Positions 1 through 8,310 of a stretch of DNA of 32,000 nt are shown one piece after another; the stretch's first letter is position 1, and each line of letters begins with the position of its first letter. Source of the DNA: Candidatus Brocadiia bacterium JP1. GTDB taxonomy: Bacteria > Planctomycetota > Brocadiia > Brocadiales > Bathyanammoxibiaceae. Location: the NCBI GenBank assembly GCA_051388875.1, contig JBMFFR010000001.1, positions 58,876-90,875 on the forward strand, given 5' to 3'. The notes under the pieces were generated by a model, which was not told the DNA's origin, searched no databases, and saw only the letters and a list, made by a program, of their open reading frames with translations. Made by a program: the position numbers and the translations under genes.

Positions 1-965
1 GGTACGCTAATCGTCTTTTTGGGGACATAAGCGGGGCCACTATCCGAAAGATATTTGTTAAATGCCTCCTGTATGTCAAAACAATAACCCTTTTTATATA
101 GCGTTTCTGCCATGTGCATCCTGCCAGGGGGGCTGTTGCCAGCCAGGTCTAAAACCTCCTGGGCCTCTAAATGTACACCGAGGACTTCCAGCTTCTCCAG
201 TACGGCCGAGACCCTCTCCACCCTGTCCCTCTTCATCTCTTCCAACTTGTTCAATAGATTACTTTCTTCAATGTCTATGAAGAGACCTAGAATGTGTATC
301 TCGTTTGGATGTAAATAACCCGAAAGTTCTATCCCAGGTATAACGTATATGCCGCTAATTTCACCAAATTTTTGGGCAATCCTTATACCGTCTATGCTAT
401 CATGGTCGGTTATGGCAATTGCCTTAAGCCCAACGTTAGCGGCCTCTCTCACTATCTCTTCTGGGGTAAAGGTGCCATCAGAGCAGATTGTGTGTACGTG
501 TAGGTCAGCCTCTCCGCTACCTTCCAAAAGTTGTTCTCTATCCTCGCCTTTCATCTCTTTTTTACAAAAACTTGAATAAATCTTATCCAAAACACCATTA
601 ACGAAGGTGCCGGAGTTAGCAGTACTGTATTTTTTGGCCAGTTCTATCGCTTCATTTATAGAAACCTTGGGTGGAATATCCTCCTTGTATAAAAGTTCAT
701 ATATGGACAATCTCAATATGCAGCGGTCAACGGTAGCCATCCTGGGGAGTTCCCAATGCTCGGCGACCGCTGTAATCTTTTTATCAATTTGGGCCTTTGC
801 TCCGTAAGAGCCTTCAATCAGTTGTGTGGCATACTGGGATACCTCTGTGTCTTCTGCACTTTCTATGCAAAAGTTCAGGGCATCTTCAAGGGCCTCTTCT
901 CCGCGAATCTCTAACTGGTAAAGGGCCTGAAGGGCTAACTCCCTCGCCCTGGTACGTTTTCTCAT
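1..965 (-). CDS. nusB: NusB antitermination factor fused to a C-terminal PHP-family (TrpH/YciV-like) phosphoesterase domain; the 3' end runs off the window
   Basis: This ORF is missing from the supplied track because it has no stop inside the window. My hand translation of the minus strand from the ATG at 965..963 stays open to position 1. It reads [24 protein letters not shown]...[25 protein letters not shown]...[11 protein letters not shown], which is the NusB pattern. It continues without a stop into ...[43 protein letters not shown]...IPGIELS...[15 protein letters not shown], which carries the PHP HxH and TDHD metal motifs. The start overlaps the ribH stop as ATGA. Confidence 0.8.
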   Translation of the reverse strand, partial: MRKRTRARELALQALYQLEIRGEEALEDALNFCIESAEDTEVSQYATQLIEGSYGAKAQIDKKITAVAEHWELPRMATVDRCILRLSIYELLYKEDIPPKVSINEAIELAKKYSTANSGTFVNGVLDKIYSSFCKKEMKGEDREQLLEGSGEADLHVHTICSDGTFTPEEIVREAANVGLKAIAITDHDSIDGIRIAQKFGEISGIYVIPGIELSGYLHPNEIHILGLFIDIEESNLLNKLEEMKRDRVERVSAVLEKLEVLGVHLEAQEVLDLAGNSPPGRMHMAETLYKKGYCFDIQEAFNKYLSDSGPAYVPKKTISV

Positions 966-1465
966 CTGGCTTTAACTGATTTTTGGCCTTTAACCCTCTC
1001 AAGGAGGTTGGCCATCTCTATCGCACTCATTGCTGCCTCGGCACCGCGATTTCCGCTCCTTGTGCCAGCGCGGTCTATCGCATGCTCCAATGTCTCTGCC
1101 GTGATTACACCAAAGATCGTGGGTACCTCTGTCTCAAGGGTTACCTGGGCGATACCCTTTGTAACCTCGCCGGCTACATACTCAAAGTGGGGCGTCTGTC
1201 CCCTCAGTACGGCCCCGAGACATATTACGCTATTATAACGCCCTGTCTTTGCCATAACCTTAGCTACTAAAGGTATCTCAAAGGAACCTGGCACCCAATA
1301 CACATCTATATCCTCTGGCTTAACTCCATGCCTGATAAGACAGTCCTGTGCACCCTCCAGCAGTTTCCTGGAAATAAACTCGTTAAATCTACTTACCACT
1401 ATACCAAATGCCTTACCAGTGGCAATTAAACCGCCCTGATATGTCTCACCCATGTGTTGTTCCAT
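962..1465 (-). CDS. ribH: 6,7-dimethyl-8-ribityllumazine synthase
   Basis: The 167-aa ORF contains [52 protein letters not shown] and GNRGAEAA, which are typical RibH blocks. It sits in the classic ribH-nusB order, and its stop overlaps the nusB start. The start could instead be Met5. Confidence 0.9.
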   Translation of the reverse strand: MEQHMGETYQGGLIATGKAFGIVVSRFNEFISRKLLEGAQDCLIRHGVKPEDIDVYWVPGSFEIPLVAKVMAKTGRYNSVICLGAVLRGQTPHFEYVAGEVTKGIAQVTLETEVPTIFGVITAETLEHAIDRAGTRSGNRGAEAAMSAIEMANLLERVKGQKSVKAR

Positions 1466-1605
1466 TTTTTGTTTTAAGGTGAATAGATTAAATTTTGGTT
1501 TAAAATCACATGCTGGGCTAAAATACCAGAAAGGTAATCCCGTTTCAAGATATTTCAGTCCCTTGTAAATTTTCTATATTGCAATATTATAGCACAAAAA
1601 GTGCC

Positions 1606-2946
1606 ATGACTACTGAACAATTGAAAGAAGAAGGCGAAGAAAAGAGGCTCTCTCTCGGAGAACACCTGGAGGAACTGCGCCTCAGGGTAATTATCTGCAT
1701 CATCGCCCTTGTTATATGTTTCATAATCTCCTGGTTCTTTAAATCCCAAATCCTCTGGATAGCCAAAAGGCCCCACAGCCTTACTATGGAATCCCTCGGT
1801 CTATCGGCTACCCTTAAGGTGCTAAGCTATCAGGAAGGGTTCTTTGCCTATCTAAAGTTGTGTCTTATAAGCGCCTTATTCCTTTCTTACCCAATGGCCC
1901 TGTATCAGGCATGGAAGTTTGTAAGCGTTGGACTCTACGGGCACGAGCGACGTTACATTAAAATGTTCCTGCCCTTTTCCATGGGGGCCTTTGTGTTGGG
2001 TGGACTCTTCGGGTACTTTATCCTTATCCCTCTAGCACTCCAATTCTTGATCCGCATCCTGGGGCCTGACATAGAACCCATCATCACCATTAGTCAGTAC
2101 ATATCTCTTGTTTTTCTCCTAACGCTGGCCTTGGGATTAGTCTTTCAGTTGCCCCTGCTTATGTTATTACTTAACAGGATTGGGTTTATTAAAGCAGATG
2201 ACTACGTCAGGTGGAGAAAGTTTGCCATTCTGGGTGCATTTATACTTGCTGCCCTTATTACGCCTACTGCCGACCCCTTTACCCAGACCGGTACTGCCCT
2301 GCCCATAATGGCCCTTTACGAGGTGGGAATCCTGCTGGCAAGGCCTACCCGTAAGGGGTTTCTTTACGCAGGGGGCCTTGCAGGAGCAATTTTATTACTG
2401 ATTTTGGGTGCCTACGCCTACCTCACCCTCCCGCCCGTCGGTGAGGTGCAGAAGACTATGGGTGTGGTGGAAGCCTTACCAAAGGTTAAGCACGATACGA
2501 CCCCCGTAAAGCTTTACAAGGGCACCACTTTGCTCACAGCAAAGAGCTCCAGCGCTAAACTAGCCTTAAGGGGTGGCGGATATATTTACAAAGGCGAGGG
2601 CGCTACGCTATATATCAATGAATCCTCTAAGGTTGTATTTCTGGGGCAACAAAGTGTAGAAGTAGTGGAAGGAGAGCTCTTTGTTGCACTTCAGGAAGGT
2701 AAAGGCCCCTTTGCTATAAATACCACCTCCTGCACAATAAGCTTTGAGGGTGGAGAGATAAATATAAAGGTGCTTGCGAACACCACTACAATTACATGTG
2801 TAAAGGGCAGGGCGGTTGTAACAATTGGGGAAGAGAAGAAAGAGGTCCTGGGAGGTCGTCAACTCAAGGTAAGCCCCGGGGGAGAGCCAGTAGAGGTGGA
2901 AAAAGTGATAGAGTGGGTGAAAAGAGTGGAAAAGGGTGTAAATTAG
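1606..2946 (+). CDS. tatC: Sec-independent (Tat) translocase subunit TatC with an extra C-terminal TM segment and a FecR-like beta-rich domain
   Basis: The N-terminal ~255 aa show the TatC signature (LGEHLEELRLRVI) and six hydrophobic segments. This is followed by FLYAGGLAGAILLLILGAYAYLTL, a seventh TM segment. About 165 aa then follow the FecR-domain-like pattern (LYKGTTLLTAKSSSAKLAL...VVEGELFVAL...FAINTTSCTISFEGGEINI...VKGRAVVT). The track ORF opens with TTG at 1579, and I prefer the ATG at 1606 (MTTEQLKEE). Confidence 0.8.
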   Translation: MTTEQLKEEGEEKRLSLGEHLEELRLRVIICIIALVICFIISWFFKSQILWIAKRPHSLTMESLGLSATLKVLSYQEGFFAYLKLCLISALFLSYPMALYQAWKFVSVGLYGHERRYIKMFLPFSMGAFVLGGLFGYFILIPLALQFLIRILGPDIEPIITISQYISLVFLLTLALGLVFQLPLLMLLLNRIGFIKADDYVRWRKFAILGAFILAALITPTADPFTQTGTALPIMALYEVGILLARPTRKGFLYAGGLAGAILLLILGAYAYLTLPPVGEVQKTMGVVEALPKVKHDTTPVKLYKGTTLLTAKSSSAKLALRGGGYIYKGEGATLYINESSKVVFLGQQSVEVVEGELFVALQEGKGPFAINTTSCTISFEGGEINIKVLANTTTITCVKGRAVVTIGEEKKEVLGGRQLKVSPGGEPVEVEKVIEWVKRVEKGVN

Positions 2947-3080
2947 TTGAGGACATCTAATCTAATTTGTCAATCATACATAGAGATAAGGGAACGCCTT
3001 GCGGCACTAGAGGCAAGACTCCCTGCACTTCAGAAGTCTTAACCCTCTAACAGCACATTTACCATTTAGTCAGGTCGTGT

Positions 3081-4034
3081 CTATTCCCTCTGCAACCTCT
3101 TTTCCAAAAATATATCCTTTCGCTGTATGAATAAAGTTATTTCAGTGGTCCTTCCCCGTGCTTCAGATACTTTAACGAACTCATCCAGCGTGTTCACTTT
3201 TTGTCCGTTTATTGCCAAAATGAGGTCCCCTACTAGCAACCCTGCCCTTTCGGAAGGGCAACCAGGGTAAATTTGTATCACCCTTGCCCCCTGCTCACCC
3301 TGAGAAACCACAAGTCCAGTAAAAAGGCTTAGAGGAGGTGGGCTTTGGGGCTTTTCCTCTGCCGTTCTGTTTATATCTTTGTCTTTCTTATAAGCCTCGT
3401 TTACGATGTCGGGCGTCTTGTCCTTTAATACTTCTTCCAGTTTGGGAATTGGTCTTCCAGATAATTCAGTCGCACTAAGAAGCGAGGTCACATATTCAAT
3501 CGGCACTGCAAAATTGATACTTTGCCCTTTCTCAATAAACATAGTAGCAATACCTATACACAGACCCGAAATATTTATTACTGGACTCCCGCTAGACCCA
3601 GGAGAAATAGGCGCACTTATTTGCAGGATTTTAGTTTTCTTATCTTCCGAAACTCTAATAGCGGATATAATTCCCTCTGTAACAGTATTTTGAAGTCCTA
3701 GCGGACTGCCAATAACAACTATCTTCTCCCCAATAGATACTTTATCTGAACTACCTAAAGGTATTATTGGAAGATTGTTAGTTTTTATCTTTAAAATGGC
3801 AATATCATTGATACTGTCCCTCTTTAAGACATTAGCCCAATAGTAGGTCCCATCAGGAAAGGTTACAAAAGGAGTCAAGCCTGGTTGGAGGACATGATTA
3901 TTGGTAACGATTATCCCATTTGGGTCAATCACAAATCCGGTTCCTTGCCCACCCTTTTGGAAATAAGAATCGTAAATAGAAATTGAAACTACTGAGTTCC
4001 AATACATTGAGGCTATATCTTGAGTAGATAACAC
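3081..4034 (-). CDS. Trypsin-like (S1C/HtrA-like) serine protease with a C-terminal PDZ domain and no evident signal peptide
   Basis: The catalytic triad contexts are TNNHVL (His), NDIAILKI (Asp) and PGSSGSPVI (Ser). The PDZ-like C-terminus reads GARVIQIYPGCPSERAGLLVGDLILAINGQKV. The ORF opens with GTG at 4034, and the in-frame upstream sequence has no ATG before a stop. The N-terminus is not hydrophobic. Confidence 0.8.
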   Translation of the reverse strand: MLSTQDIASMYWNSVVSISIYDSYFQKGGQGTGFVIDPNGIIVTNNHVLQPGLTPFVTFPDGTYYWANVLKRDSINDIAILKIKTNNLPIIPLGSSDKVSIGEKIVVIGSPLGLQNTVTEGIISAIRVSEDKKTKILQISAPISPGSSGSPVINISGLCIGIATMFIEKGQSINFAVPIEYVTSLLSATELSGRPIPKLEEVLKDKTPDIVNEAYKKDKDINRTAEEKPQSPPPLSLFTGLVVSQGEQGARVIQIYPGCPSERAGLLVGDLILAINGQKVNTLDEFVKVSEARGRTTEITLFIQRKDIFLEKRLQRE

Positions 4035-4067
4035 TCCAGTTTTAGTTTCTTGGCGAGATGGCAGATT

Positions 4068-4319
4068 TTATGCATATTCAGGTGGCTTTGGTGTGGTAGG
4101 AATTTGTGAACGAGCAATAGTCTTTCCAATATTTTCTTGACGTGCTACGGACTCTACCCAAAACCATAAAATCAGTAGCCCTATTGGCAGCGCAAATCTG
4201 ATTCTTCCAACTTTTTTTACTTGTAAAACCTGTGTTTTTATGATGGCATCTGCAATACTTCGTTTTGCATTTAAAAGGGAAGGTATAGTTGCTAAAGTAT
4301 AAAAAGGTATCAAAAACAT
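4068..4319 (-). pseudogene. Detached C-terminal part of the RDD domain of the upstream J-domain protein (1-nt frame change or sequencing indel)
   Basis: The 83-aa ORF ([34 protein letters not shown]...) supplies the distal part of an RDD-type membrane domain that begins in ORF 4310..5860. On the coding strand the junction reads tta cga tat tta tgt ttt tga. One extra T in the T5 run (A5 at 4312..4316 on the plus strand) would give a continuous ...[15 protein letters not shown]... reading frame. Confidence 0.55.
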
Positions 4320-5860
4320 AAATATCGTAAAAGGGCCCTCTTTTTCGTTAGTGGTGCTTCTGGAAGTGTAAAAACTTTAATACCTATGAATCTTTCCCCA
4401 ATGGTCTGTCGGCCGTGTGATTGCAGATACATGAAGTAGATAAAGTACAGTGGGAAAATTAGAAGATATCCTAGGAATACTAATAAGCTAGGATAAATTA
4501 CAATATATACATACCACAAAAGAGCTTCCATACCGCAGGTCAAAATTGAAAAATCTATAATGTAAGCAAAAACCCTTAACCAAATGCCAGCTCTAGGCGT
4601 GTCACTAGAGGTTGAAGGCCCCCCTTGTTTAGATTTCCCACTCATGCCCGACGCGGGCGGTTCTTGGTTTTGATGCCTCCATTGGTCATCCCAACTCCGC
4701 TCAGTTCTACTGTGAGATTCCTTTTTTGTTTTATCTTGGCAGTGTTGACATAATTTTCCCTCTCCTTCTGTTTCTTTTCCGCAAGATGGGCAAATTCTAG
4801 CGCTACGCCTAGAGTGCTTTCTAAGTTCATTAGCACACAACGCCATTAATTCTGGAAGTATAACCGCATTGTCTTTTGACATTGGTACTCTTGTAAATTC
4901 ACGCTGTCCTTTACCTATTACGTTTTTGTATAATATGATGTAGCCTTCCTGAATATCAGAACCATCGTATTGATTCCATGCAAGAAACTCTGGATCTCTA
5001 AACCATCTTTCCTTCCAAAATCCGGTTTTTGATAGTGTTATTCCCGCAATTGATACAGAGCTTTCAATCTCTGATATTACACGATAAAATTTTTTTACTA
5101 TGATTGGTTCAATGAGAGATTTAGACAAAAAAATCAATTTACCAAACAATTCCGTCTTTTCTTTATTTCCTGCTAGAAAAAGCCCAGAGCTAAAAGTAAC
5201 CAATATCATGTCTGAGTCCGTCTTTATGGAAAAACTGTAGCTCTGGTCTATAAGAATTATTGAAGTTCGTTCTGAATCATAAGAAATGGACACAATGTCT
5301 TTATAAAAAAGTTTTTCCCCATCATATTCAACATACACCTCTGAAAAAGTAATCGCCTTATTTTTAGAAATTTGGAGTGTAATAAAATCTTTTTTATCTG
5401 TGAAAGGATAGTCAAAGACTTCACTACAAGAAGGGCATGTAACTTGCAAGGCCAGTCCTTCAGGGACTTTAAGCTTTTGCTCACAGCTAGGGCAAGTGAT
5501 AATTACTTTCTCCGGCTCTTGTTCAACATCAGGTTCTTCTTCCTCTTCTTCCTCTTCAGTGCTTCGTGTTTCCCAATAATCGTTAGTCTGATATTTACCT
5601 CTTTCTTCCGTCTCTTTCTCTAGCTCCTTTAAGTAGGCATCGTACTGCCTTCGTTTCTCCGGGTCGCTTAAAATTTGGTACGCTTCATTTATCAACTTAA
5701 CTTTTTCCTGAGCCTCTTGCTTCAGTCGGGATAAGTAGGAGGGTATCCTGTCGGGATGGTATTCTTTGGCTAGACGCCGAAACGAAACAGAAATTTCTTG
5801 CTGAGTTGCCGATTCGGCAACTTCTAAGATTTCATAATAATGCGGATTATCAAAACGCAT
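4310..5860 (-). CDS. J-domain protein with poly-Glu linker, two zinc-ribbon motifs, an uncharacterised central domain and a C-terminal RDD-family membrane domain
   Basis: The N-terminal J domain reads YYEILEV...[12 protein letters not shown]...[18 protein letters not shown] and includes the HPD motif. It is followed by an EEEEEEEE tract and then by [10 protein letters not shown]...CPSCSEVF and [19 protein letters not shown]. The C-terminal hydrophobic region ([14 protein letters not shown]...[14 protein letters not shown]) resembles an RDD domain. Confidence 0.75.
   Translation of the reverse strand: MRFDNPHYYEILEVAESATQQEISVSFRRLAKEYHPDRIPSYLSRLKQEAQEKVKLINEAYQILSDPEKRRQYDAYLKELEKETEERGKYQTNDYWETRSTEEEEEEEEPDVEQEPEKVIITCPSCEQKLKVPEGLALQVTCPSCSEVFDYPFTDKKDFITLQISKNKAITFSEVYVEYDGEKLFYKDIVSISYDSERTSIILIDQSYSFSIKTDSDMILVTFSSGLFLAGNKEKTELFGKLIFLSKSLIEPIIVKKFYRVISEIESSVSIAGITLSKTGFWKERWFRDPEFLAWNQYDGSDIQEGYIILYKNVIGKGQREFTRVPMSKDNAVILPELMALCANELRKHSRRSARICPSCGKETEGEGKLCQHCQDKTKKESHSRTERSWDDQWRHQNQEPPASGMSGKSKQGGPSTSSDTPRAGIWLRVFAYIIDFSILTCGMEALLWYVYIVIYPSLLVFLGYLLIFPLYFIYFMYLQSHGRQTIGERFIGIKVFTLPEAPLTKKRALLRYLCF
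5534..5557 (-). repeat. Trinucleotide run (ttc/ctc x8 on the plus strand) encoding the Glu8 tract of the J-domain protein
   Basis: The plus strand reads ttcttcttcctcttcttcctcttc, which contains a duplicated 9-nt unit ttcttcctc. It translates as EEEEEEEE on the minus strand. Confidence 0.8.
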
Positions 5861-5880
5861 TTTTAAACAAGTAAATTCAA

Positions 5881-6195
5881 TTATCTGGGTTTAATTCTTA
5901 TTGGGATTTCTTCACCCGTATGTGGGTCTTCTATATAGCCACGATAACCTCCACGATAATCAGGTCTTAGCCTTATATCACCTCGGTGGAAGTCGTAACG
6001 ATGCTTTATTTCTCCCTTATATCCTCCTAAATAATCGGGCCTCAACCTAATGTCATAACTATCCCGCAAAAGGTCGTAAGGGTTTTCTATCTCTCCCCTA
6101 TAGCCTCCCAGGTAATTCGGCCTTAGTCTCACATCATAGCCGTCCAGTTCACCACTATAGCCTCCAAAGTAATCCTGCCTAAGTTTTATATCTTG
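5881..6195 (-). repeat. Four to five degenerate in-frame tandem repeats (19-27 aa period) within the lipoprotein gene
   Basis: The protein-level units are [48 protein letters not shown] and [16 protein letters not shown], followed by a terminal IPIRIKPR. The matching DNA recurs as ggccttagtctcac / ggcctcaacctaat / ggtcttagccttat. Confidence 0.75.
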
Positions 6196-6347
6196 ACTAC
6201 CTAAGATTCCGAGGTAATTATGGGAAAGTAGTGTACCAGGAGGACTAATAGTGCCCGGAGAAACATAACCAGAGCTAGAATAATAAGGGGCAGGAGAAGA
6301 ATAAACACAACCTGATAGAGAAAATAGGAATATTAAAACTACCCCAT
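5881..6347 (-). CDS. Putative lipoprotein with degenerate tandem D[IV]RLRPxY[LR]GGYxGE[IL] repeats; 5' end unresolved because the ATG is out of frame by one base
   Basis: The track starts this ORF at GTG 6132. My translation shows the frame is open upstream to 6348 and encodes ...[31 protein letters not shown]...[30 protein letters not shown].... That is a hydrophobic signal segment ending in a lipobox-like LSGC. The only nearby ATG (6347..6345) follows a ggagag RBS-like element and reads ATG GGG TAG. One extra G would give [14 protein letters not shown] in frame. Confidence 0.5.
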
Positions 6348-6426
6348 CTCAAATCTCTCCCTTGCTGCTTTTAATTAAATACTGGCCAGTGTTCTACGTC
6401 AAGCTAATTTTGTGAAATAGATGACC

Positions 6427-8202
6427 TTAGTCTTCCAGCGTAGAAAGGTCGCCCTCTGGCAATCCCATCTCTCTGGCTTTTAGCAGGCGTCGCATGATTT
6501 TGCCACTGCGGGTCTTAGGGATGCTTTCCATGAATTGTATCTCTCGCGGATAGGCGTGGGCAGAGAGGCGATGTCTGATAAATTCCTTTATCTCGTCCTC
6601 TAATTCTCTGGAGGGTTCGTAACCATATCTCAGTACAATAAAGGCCTTTATAATCTGCCCCCTCTCCGGGTCTGGCTTACCGATGACGCCTGCCTCGGCT
6701 ATTGCCCTGTGTTCTACTAATGCACTTTCTACCTCAAAAGGCCCAACCCTGTGCCCTGCTGTCATTATCACGTCATCGGCCCGTCCTATGAACCAGAAGT
6801 AGCCGTCTTTATCCATATAGGCATTATCCCCTGTGGTGTACCAACCCGGGATGCTGAAGTACTCTTTGTATCGCTTTTCATCACCCCAGAGTGCCCGCAT
6901 CATGGAAGGCCAACCCGGCTTCAAGGCCAATATGCCACTATTCCCAGGGGGGAGTTTATTGCCTTTATAATCAATAATGGCTGCTTCTGTACCGGGGAAG
7001 GGTTTGCCCATGGAGCCGGGCCTTACTGGCATACAGGGATAGTTAGCTATCATTATGGAGCCAGTCTCTGTTTGCCACCAGGTATCGTGTATGCACAGGT
7101 CAAACACCTCCATCCCCCAGCGAATTACCTCTGGGTTGAGCGGCTCCCCCACACTCAATATATGGCGGAGACTCTTAAGGTTATACTTTTTGACTACGTC
7201 CGGACCTGCCTTCATGAGCATTCTCAGGGCCGTAGGGGCGGTGTACCATACCGTTACCCCATAACGTTCTATGGTAGAATACCACTGCTCGGCATCAAAT
7301 CGCCCTTCAAGTACTACCTGTGAACAACCGTTTAGCCACGGTGCCCAGAGGCCGTAAACTGTGCCTGTAACCCAGCCGGGGTCAGCCGTACACCAGTAAA
7401 CATCTTCCTCCTGTAAATCTAAGACCCATTTGGCAGTAATGTGGTGTGAAATCATATCATGATGTACATGAACTACCCCTTTAGGCTTGCCGGTAGTCCC
7501 AGAGGTGTAAAGGATATAGAGGGGGTCGTCTAGTTCCATGTCCTCCACCTCAAGCTTCTTTGAAGCTTTTTGCACTTCACTTTCAAAGCTTACCTCACCC
7601 TTCCATAGCTCGTCTTTGGTCCCTATTATTATCACGTGTTTTAAATCTGGCAGCTCATCCCAAACGTGATGTATACGCTCCCTAAGGGAAGTGTGGGTGA
7701 TTAGTGCCTTCGCGCCACTATCCAGAAGGCGGTCACGTAGGGCCTCCGGCCCAAAGGCTGAAAACATCGGGCCTGCTACTGCCCCAATCTTTGCTATCGC
7801 AATAATACTTGTATAGAGTTCAGGTATCCTGGGGAGAAAGACAAAGACCCTGTCGCCACGTCTCACACCTAGGCTCAATAACATATTGGCGATACGGTTA
7901 GCCTCAACATGCAACTCTGCAAAGGTACATTTAGAGCTTGTACTTACCCTCGCTAGCCCTGCCGCCCCTTCCCAGTAAAGAGCTACCTTGTTTTTTCTCC
8001 AGGACTCTACATGCCGGTCAATGGCACTGAGTGCGATATTGACCTTTTCGGTAGTAACTTTCTGTGAGCTATGCTTTTTCCCCACTGAGGCAGGTAACCC
8101 TAACTCTTCAGTTACATGCTCCCATCGGAACCCTTTATAGCTTTTTTTGTAGTCTGAGAGATTAGGTTTAAATGGGCTTCTCTTATGTATCTCTTTTTCC
8201 AT
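6427..8202 (-). CDS. acsA: AMP-forming acetyl-CoA synthetase (short AcsA type)
   Basis: The 591-aa ORF carries the adenylate-forming motifs YTSGTTGKPKGV, YWCTADPGWVTG, TGDNAYMDKDGYFWFIGRADD and PKTRSGKIMRR. The end-to-end block pattern (AIDRHVESWRKNKVALYW ... GDLSTLED) matches what I recall of Bacillus-type AcsA. Confidence 0.85.
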   Translation of the reverse strand: MEKEIHKRSPFKPNLSDYKKSYKGFRWEHVTEELGLPASVGKKHSSQKVTTEKVNIALSAIDRHVESWRKNKVALYWEGAAGLARVSTSSKCTFAELHVEANRIANMLLSLGVRRGDRVFVFLPRIPELYTSIIAIAKIGAVAGPMFSAFGPEALRDRLLDSGAKALITHTSLRERIHHVWDELPDLKHVIIIGTKDELWKGEVSFESEVQKASKKLEVEDMELDDPLYILYTSGTTGKPKGVVHVHHDMISHHITAKWVLDLQEEDVYWCTADPGWVTGTVYGLWAPWLNGCSQVVLEGRFDAEQWYSTIERYGVTVWYTAPTALRMLMKAGPDVVKKYNLKSLRHILSVGEPLNPEVIRWGMEVFDLCIHDTWWQTETGSIMIANYPCMPVRPGSMGKPFPGTEAAIIDYKGNKLPPGNSGILALKPGWPSMMRALWGDEKRYKEYFSIPGWYTTGDNAYMDKDGYFWFIGRADDVIMTAGHRVGPFEVESALVEHRAIAEAGVIGKPDPERGQIIKAFIVLRYGYEPSRELEDEIKEFIRHRLSAHAYPREIQFMESIPKTRSGKIMRRLLKAREMGLPEGDLSTLED

Positions 8203-8310
8203 ATTGACCGGTTAAATTAATTGTTAGATATAAGCTAAATAAATGAACAGGGACATCTGAAAGAGAAAGCGCTCTTATTTCTGTGTCATTAAGGGTTTTC
8301 TGTTCGGCTT

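Noticed and set aside
62-979. Five plus-strand ORFs of 60-76 aa in the track (62..280, 112..318, 349..579, 607..807, 797..979)
   Set aside because: All lie antisense to the continuous minus-strand NusB-PHP reading frame, which has clear family motifs. Their Pro/Ser/Cys-rich composition is typical of shadow ORFs.
6751-7323. 190-aa plus-strand ORF
   Set aside because: It lies entirely antisense to acsA, whose product has unmistakable adenylate-forming motifs. It has no recognisable motif and an odd composition rich in His, Pro and Cys.
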